Assembly (NCBI GenBank): GCA_009914755.4 | Contig: CP068257.2 | Location: 14,080,001-14,144,000 of the forward strand | Source: the human T2T-CHM13v2.0 reference genome, Homo sapiens | Length of the DNA stretch: 64,000 nt | Reading direction: 5' to 3' | Shown: positions 56,401 to 64,000 of the stretch, in pieces | Layout: every line of letters starts with the position of its first letter | Position numbering within the stretch: position 1 is the stretch's first letter | Notes under the pieces: model-generated | The model's input: the letters and a program-made list of their open reading frames with translations, nothing else | Database searches by the model: none | What the model was told of the DNA's origin: nothing | Made by a program: the position numbers and the translations under genes

Positions 56401-59093
56401 AGATTATAGATGATCTGGAAAAGTAAGAAATATGACACAGATTAGTTTCCTGGGCTACAAGGTTGTGGCTGCAGGTGACTGATGAACAGCAGCAGTGTAA
56501 CTTGAAAAAGTATCAGCAACAGTGAGGTACCACTGATATCCCCAGGAAGAGGGATCAACTGGTCGATGTAGTCAGGCTGTCCGTGTGGCAGGAGCCACAC
56601 CCCATGCAATGTGGGCTCTCCTACGGCCAGATACACAGGTCAACTTTTGGTAGGAATCACATGTCTGACAAGTAGTGGTAGCTTCTGTGTTAGAAACGTA
56701 GAGTTCCTTAATTTGTACTCTGTATACGATTGTGGATGTGATTCCATTTTGGGTATTGTGATTGTGGCAGTGGTGGTGATCTGGGTTGTGCAAGTTTGAT
56801 CAAAAGCTTTATTCTGTTCATCTCATTGAAGAACACATTAGAGCACTCATCCATCACAATGGCTAAAATTAAAAAGACTGATGGGAAGTGATGTCAGCAA
56901 GATCGCCAACTAGAGTTGCTTGGCTATCATTTCCCTCACAAAAAAGGAACCAAAACAACGAATAAGTTTATTTTGTCTGGAGTGACTGAGGAAATGCCCT
57001 GGAGAGTACCAAGAGAACAGCAAAGTCCCTGTGGAGCATAGAGTCAAGAATAGCTCCACAGGGAGGAGACCAAAGTATCCTGCCTCTGCCATACTGTCTC
57101 CCCTGCGAGGATTGAATCAAAGCCAGGGGGTTCCTCTTCTTATAGGAAGAAGGTAAGCGGAGAATCATCAGTCCTCATCACCACCACAGGTGCCAGCAGT
57201 CACTGCTACAAGAGAGTTCCCCAGTCCTCACAGGTCCCAAGTCCAGCATGAACAGTTGCTGAAAGTGCATGTGGCTACATTCCCCCACAGCAGGAACCTC
57301 TTTGACACCCTGCACCCCTGCAATCCAAGCAGCTAAGGGATGACACAACTGTGAAACCAAGCCCACATCTGGAGTGCTTCCTGACCTGGAGGCCAGTAGC
57401 CACCCTGTATCCCAGAGGCATTGCCCTCATTCCACAAAGTTCACACAAGTGCCTCTAGCACTAATACCTTGGCTACTTGGAGCCTAGGCTCAAAGGCACA
57501 ACTGGGGCCCTGATACCTAAACCCACAAGGCTCCCTATTACCCAGGGAAGCAGGTGGGCCTGCATGGCCGGGCAGCCCCATGCGGCCACCAGGCTAGTGT
57601 ACATCTGTCCCTGGCTCTAGCTGGCCTGGAGGTGGCCCCACCCCAAGGGAGAGAGTAGTATACAGCCAGTGGGCCTGTGTGAACTTGCTCCCAGCTTGAA
57701 TAGCTGGCCCAGAGGTTGTCTGCCTGTACCACTGGAGGATTGTGCACAGCTGCCGGGCCACAATTTCCTGCCTTTAGTCCAATAGCTGGTTTGGAGGCAC
57801 TCTTTCCGCAGCTCAACCCTACATCACCAGAGTCATGCACAGCCTCCAGACCTGTGTGCATCCACCCCTGGCCTGATAGCCAGCCCAGCAGTAACCCTGC
57901 TGCCATTCAGGAGAGACAGTCGTACAACCTTTCTGGCCTGCTGCATCAGCATGTGCCTGACCAGCAACCAGCTTGGTGCCAACTCCAGAAAAACCATGCC
58001 ACCACAGTCATGGGCTTCTGCATACTAAGTCACTGAGATAATCACGGACATCGCAGGTGAGGATTCCAGCTGAATAATCTGTTTGGACACCACAATACTG
58101 AGTCCACCCTGAACCAAAGCCACCACACGCCATTTCCAATCAGCACCCTAGGACCCATCAACAGGAAAAAACCTCTTCCTATGAAAGCTGCTCGTTAAAA
58201 TTGGAAAAAGCAATTGTCCATTACATGCACAGGTACCAACATAGAGACAGAAGAATCATGAAAAAGCAAGGAAACGTGTCACCCCCAAACCTGGCACCAC
58301 AATGCATCTTTAGTAATGGAATCCAAAGAAAAGAATATTTATGAAATGCATGAAAAATAATTCAAAATAATGACATTAAAGAAACTTTTGAGTTGTAAGA
58401 GAATACAACAATTTAACGAAATTAATAAATTCATTAGCTGAGTGAGAAATTGAACAAAGATAGATATTATGGAAAGGAACAAAACAGGAATCTTGGAGCT
58501 TGAGGAATTAAGTGAATGAAATTAAAAAAAATACAATTGAGAGCCACAGTAACAGACTAGAACATGCAGAATAATACATTTCTGAACTTGAAGACAGATC
58601 GTTTGAAATAACCCATTCAGAGGAAGAAAAAAAAAAAAGAATAACAAAGTATGAAGAAAGCCCATAGGACTTATCAGACACCATTAAGCAAACCTATATT
58701 CATATTATGGGAGTGCCAGAGAAAGAATAAGTGAAGAGAGGCATAGACCACCCATTTGGTTAAATAGATTGCCTGTGTCCTTCTGCACTTCTTGGAAGGA
58801 AGTCTTGGAAGTTATGGACATCTAGGAATGAAAAGATCCCCAATAAAATTCAGCCCCTCAAAATCCTCTCAAAGGTACACAATTCTAAAAGCTGTAAGAC
58901 AAAAACATTACGTCACATATATGGGAATTCCCATTAGACTGTCAGTACATTTCTCAGCAGAGACTGCACAAGACAGGAGAGAGTGGGATGACATATTCAC
59001 AGTGCTGGGAAAAAATAAAAATAAAATATAAAAATAAAAACTGTCAGCAGAGAATATATCCGGCAGTGCTATCCTTAAGAAATGAAAAAGAAG

Positions 59094-59449
<356 letters not shown>

Positions 59450-59683
59450 TCATCACCACTGGACTGGTCCTACAAAAACACTTAGAGGAAATAATAGGAA
59501 ATGAAAGAATGATTAATACCATGAAAATATGTGAAAATACAAAACTCATCAATATAGGTAAATCCATAATCATATTCAGAATACCCCAGTGCTGTAATGG
59601 TGCTGTGTAATTCCTTCCGTCCTCTAATATGAAGGTTTAAAGTTAAAAATGTCAGAAATATCAACAGCTACAATTAGTGGCTA

Positions 59684-60094
<411 letters not shown>

Positions 60095-62959
60095 TTAAGT
60101 TGTTATTAGCTTAAAATAGTCTGTTGTAACTGTAAGACTCTTCATGTTAGCTCCATGGTAACCACAAGAAAAATTATAGTAGATAGACAAACAAGAAAGG
60201 AAACAAAGCTTAGCATTATAGAAAACCACCAAACCACAGAAGTAAACAAGAGGGAAAGAATCAAACGAGGAATCTTCATAATATTGAGAAAACAAACTAG
60301 CATGAGTAAATTATTACTTATCAGTAGTAACCTTGAATGTAAGTGGATTAAATTCCCCAATTAAAAAATATAGAGCAGCTGGATGGATTGAAAAAAAAAA
60401 AGACCCAACTGTATGTTGCCTACAAGAGACACACCTCATCATTAAATATAAACATAGACTGAAAGTGAAGGAATGGACAAAGATATCCCATGCAAATTCA
60501 AACCAAAAATGAGCAGAAGCAGCCATACTTGTACTAGATACAATAGACTTTAAGTCAAAAACTGTAAAAAGAGACAAAGTCATTATGTAATAATAAAATA
60601 ATCAATTCACCAAGAAGCAAAACTGTAAATATATAAGCACCGAACACCAGAACATCCAAATATATAAAGCAAATATTATTAGATTTAAAGGGGGAAATAG
60701 ACTCCAGTACAACAATAGTAGGGACTTCAGCATCCCACTTTTAACAGTAGACAAATGATTTAGAAACATGAGACTTAAACTACACCATGGACATTTACAG
60801 AACATGAACAGCCGCAGAATACACATTCTTTTCAACTGTGCATGGAATATTCTCCAGTAAAGATCGTATGTTAGAGATGGTATCAAGTATTTTACCAGAT
60901 CACAACTATATAAAGCTAGAAATCAACAACAAGAAAAACGTTAGAAACCAACAAATACATGGAAGTTAATATGCACCTTAATAACCAATGGGTCAGTGAA
61001 GAAATTAAAAGGGTAATTAGAAAGTTCCCTGGGACAAAGGAGCGTGGAAACACATACAAAAACCTGTGGGACACAGTGAAACCTGTTCTAGAAGTTCATG
61101 GCAATAAATGCCTGCATCAGAAATGAGGAAAGATTTCTAATAAACAGATTAACTGTGCAACTCAGAGAAACCTGAAAAGCAAGAACAAATTAAACCCAAA
61201 ATTGGTAGGATGGAAATAATAAAGCTTAGAGCAGAAGTAAACAAATAGAGACTAAAAGAGCAATTCAAAAGATCAGTGAAATTTTTTTGAGAAGATAAAC
61301 AGAATCAACAAACCTTTAGCTAGACTAAGAAAAAAGGAAAAAAAAAAAGACTCGAATAAATAAAACCAGACATGAAAAATGAAACATTACAAATGTATCA
61401 CAGAATTGGAGGATCACAAGAGACTATTATGAACAACTGTATACCAACAAATTCTAGAATATAGGAAAAATGGATAAATTCTTGAACACACACAACCTAC
61501 CAAGATTAAATTGAGAAGAAATGGAAAAAATAAGCAGACCACAACGAGTGGGAGAATTGAATAACTGCTAAAGCCTGACATAAAGATCCCTAGTTTCTGA
61601 TGGCTACATTGCTGAAGTGTGTCAAACATTTAAGGAACAACTAATATTAATTCTCAAACTATTCCAGAAAATTAAAGAGGAGGGAATACTTCCAAACTCA
61701 TTTTATGAGGCCAGCATTACCCTGATTCAAAAACTAGACAAGGACACAACAAAAAGAAACAGGCCAATATCCCTGATCAACCTAGATGCAGAAATTCTCA
61801 ACAAGATTCTAGCACGTCCGATTCAACGGCATATTAAAAACATCATCCACTATGATCGAGATTCATCCCAGAGATGGAGGGATGGTTCAACATACACAAA
61901 TCAATAAATGCGATACATCACAGTAACAAAGAGAACGGAAACCATATAATTTCAGTAGATACAGAAAAAAGCACATTACAAAGTTTAACATCCCTTCATG
62001 ATAAAAACTCTCAAAATAGATATAGAAAGTATGTACCTCAACACGGTAAAGACCATAGTTGAGAAACCCACAGCTAGTAGTATACTGAATGCAGAAAAAA
62101 ATGAAAGCTTTTCCACTAAGATCAAGAACCTAACAAAGATGCCCACTTCCACCAATCCTATTCAACATAGTACTGGAAGTCTTAGAGCAGTTAGGCAGGG
62201 GAAAGAAATAAAAGACATCAAAATTGGAAAGGAGAAAGTAAAATTGTCTCTGTTTCCAGATGATATGATCTTAAATATAGAAAGCCCTAAAGAGTTCACC
62301 AAAAAACTGCTACAACTCATAAGTGAATTCAGTAAAAGTGTAGGACACAAAATTAACACACAAAAATCAGCACTTCTATATGCTAACGGTGAGTTATTTG
62401 AAAAAATAAGAAAACAATTTCATTTACAAGAGCTACAAAAAATCTAGATACCTAAGAATAAACTTAACCAAAGAGATAAAAGATCTCTACACTGAAAGCT
62501 ATAAAACATTGAGGAAAGAAATATAAGACACAAACAAATGGAAGTAGATCGTATGTTCATGGATTAGAAGAATTAATGTTAAAATGGCCATACTACCTGA
62601 AGTCATCTCCAGACTTACTGCAGTCCATGTAAAAATTCCAGTGACCCTTCAGAGAATTAGAAAAGACAATCCCAAAAATTCATGTGGAACCACAAGAGAG
62701 CCCAAATAGCCAAAGCAAGCCTGAACAAAAGGAACAAAAGGTAGAGGCATCACTACTTGACTTCCAAATGTACTGCTAGAATATAGTAACCAAAACAATG
62801 ATATTGGTGTAAAAAACAGACACATAGACCAGTGGAACAAAATAGAGAGCCCAGAAATGGACACACCTACAGCCAACTGATTTTTGACAAAAACTGTTAA
62901 CTGGAGTAAATCTAAGAAATGTACAAGAACTTCCAGGAAGAAAATGATTAAATATCATT

Positions 62960-63110
62960 AAGACACATTAAAGAATACATAAATATTTTGAAACATTCGC
63001 TGTTTCATGAATTGGAAGACCATTGTTAAACTGGTCGGTTCTTCTTAAATTGATTTATGGGTTTAGTTTGATCCCAATTAAAAATACCGTTAGTTTTGTT
63101 TTTGCTTTTT
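62960..63110 (+). mobile_element. Short second L1 ORF2 fragment (region encoding ...IVK..ILPKLIYRFNAIPIKIP-like peptide), duplicating a segment already present ~400 bp upstream in the main L1; likely from a different, older L1 copy or an internal rearrangement.
   Basis: aaattgatttatgggtttagtttgatcccaattaaaaatacc translates KLIYGFSLIPIKNT, homologous to 62575-62650 of the main element. Confidence 0.4.
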
Positions 63111-64000
63111 TAGGAAATCAAATGAGATGTTTCATTACCCGCCGCCCCCTTTTTTTTTCTTTGTAGTTGATCTATACAGCTTAAAGTGTATGCATGTTTC
63201 TCAGTGAGTGTAATACTTCCCAAAAAGGGGCTTAGGTGAGCTATGAAGTGGGATATTTTCAGTATTACTGCTATAGGCAATTTAACAACACAAAAACAAT
63301 AAAATAATAACACCCCCTCACCCCCCCCCCAAGTAAAACCACCGTGTAATAAAATTTAATGGAAACATGATGATCTACCATATGTAAATGCTTTAAACAT
63401 TTAGCGTAGTGTGTGGAAGGAAAAGACGCAGCAAAACATTTTGTCGTCTTTTTATATTGCTTACTACCAAGGTCATGACCAATTTTGAGAAGATAAAGCA
63501 AGGTGATAGGTCAGACTCGTTTTTGGTATGTGGCTTGCGAGTTTACCCTTCAAACATTTTGTTATAGGCTATCTCTGAAATTTGCCTTTTTTTTTTCTCC
63601 TCTACCAGCTGGTAATACCTGGATTTTAGCCACTGCATGTCTTATACTTAAGAGCTTGGGTAGTATCATTGGAAAGGCCAGGGGAGGAACCCTTATGCAG
63701 GATTTTGCTTTATAAAAAGTTTGGATTTATGGTGCCAGTACTAGATTATAGAAGGGGATCAGGTGGAGCAATAGAGCAGTATTGGAGCTAGAGATTGGCT
63801 TTTGCAATCAGTCAGTCAATCAATAACCAAGAAGTAGCAGCATTTAATATCTTCATCATCCATTTACTTTAAAAACGTGTTTATCACTCATTTATAATGT
63901 TTGCTCTAGAGGTAAAGCAAATTCTTGTTTCTACTTTTCAGACACTGATTGGAGACACTGGTTGATATTTTTGGCACAGTGTTAAGTGTGTTTATTAAGT

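Noticed and set aside
56440-56890. Possible extension of the L1 5'UTR upstream of the recognisable 5' end, or an independent unique segment.
   Set aside because: Could not match this stretch to the L1 or any other repeat from memory, so left unannotated rather than guessing; RepeatMasker would settle it.
61617-62447. ORFs of 96 and 149 aa with good protein-like composition.
   Set aside because: They are fragments of L1 ORF2 (RT domain motifs ...[17 protein letters not shown]..., ...[13 protein letters not shown]...), i.e. part of the mobile element, not a cellular gene; the L1 reading frame is broken by multiple stops.

Overview
This window is primate (human-type) nuclear DNA, not a prokaryotic locus. 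The ORF track appears to use bacterial start rules (for example, the ORF at 5588 begins on GTG), so it is mostly uninformative here.

The one gene I can support is the 5' end of USP25 (ubiquitin-specific peptidase 25, human chr21q21, + strand). A roughly 1.1-kb CpG island at ~4930-6010 carries GC boxes, a (CCG)8 tract, and coding exon 1 (5810-5854, MTVEQNVLQQSAAQK, GT donor at 5855). Coding exon 2 is 38306-38383 ([26 protein letters not shown]). Exon 3 is 41412-41556 ([48 protein letters not shown] plus 1 nt). Exon 4 is 53322-53445 ([42 protein letters not shown]). All four have canonical AG/GT junctions and consistent reading phase. Intron 1 is ~32.4 kb, intron 2 ~3.0 kb, intron 3 ~11.8 kb, and the gene continues beyond the window.

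The remainder is intronic or upstream sequence dominated by interspersed repeats. There are about 16 Alu copies, and all ten full-length copies in intron 1 except one are antisense to USP25. A ~6-kb L1 (5'UTR with internal tandem repeats, ORF1, ORF2 through the reverse-transcriptase domain) sits in sense orientation in intron 4 and carries two nested Alu insertions with clean target-site duplications. Two solitary ERV-type LTRs and an inverted pair of THE1-type MaLR LTRs are present. Several older repeat fragments I recognise by motif but cannot name with confidence.

Low-complexity and tandem features include GT microsatellites, long poly-T tracts, two unusually long poly-C tracts (19 and 18 C), a near-identical 105-bp tandem duplication, and 30-33-bp minisatellites.

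I found no CRISPR array, tRNA or rRNA gene, nor any undescribed biological system I can support from sequence alone. The notable items are structural oddities of the repeat landscape and the CCG repeat abutting the USP25 start codon. Coordinates for repeats are approximate (about +/-5 bp).
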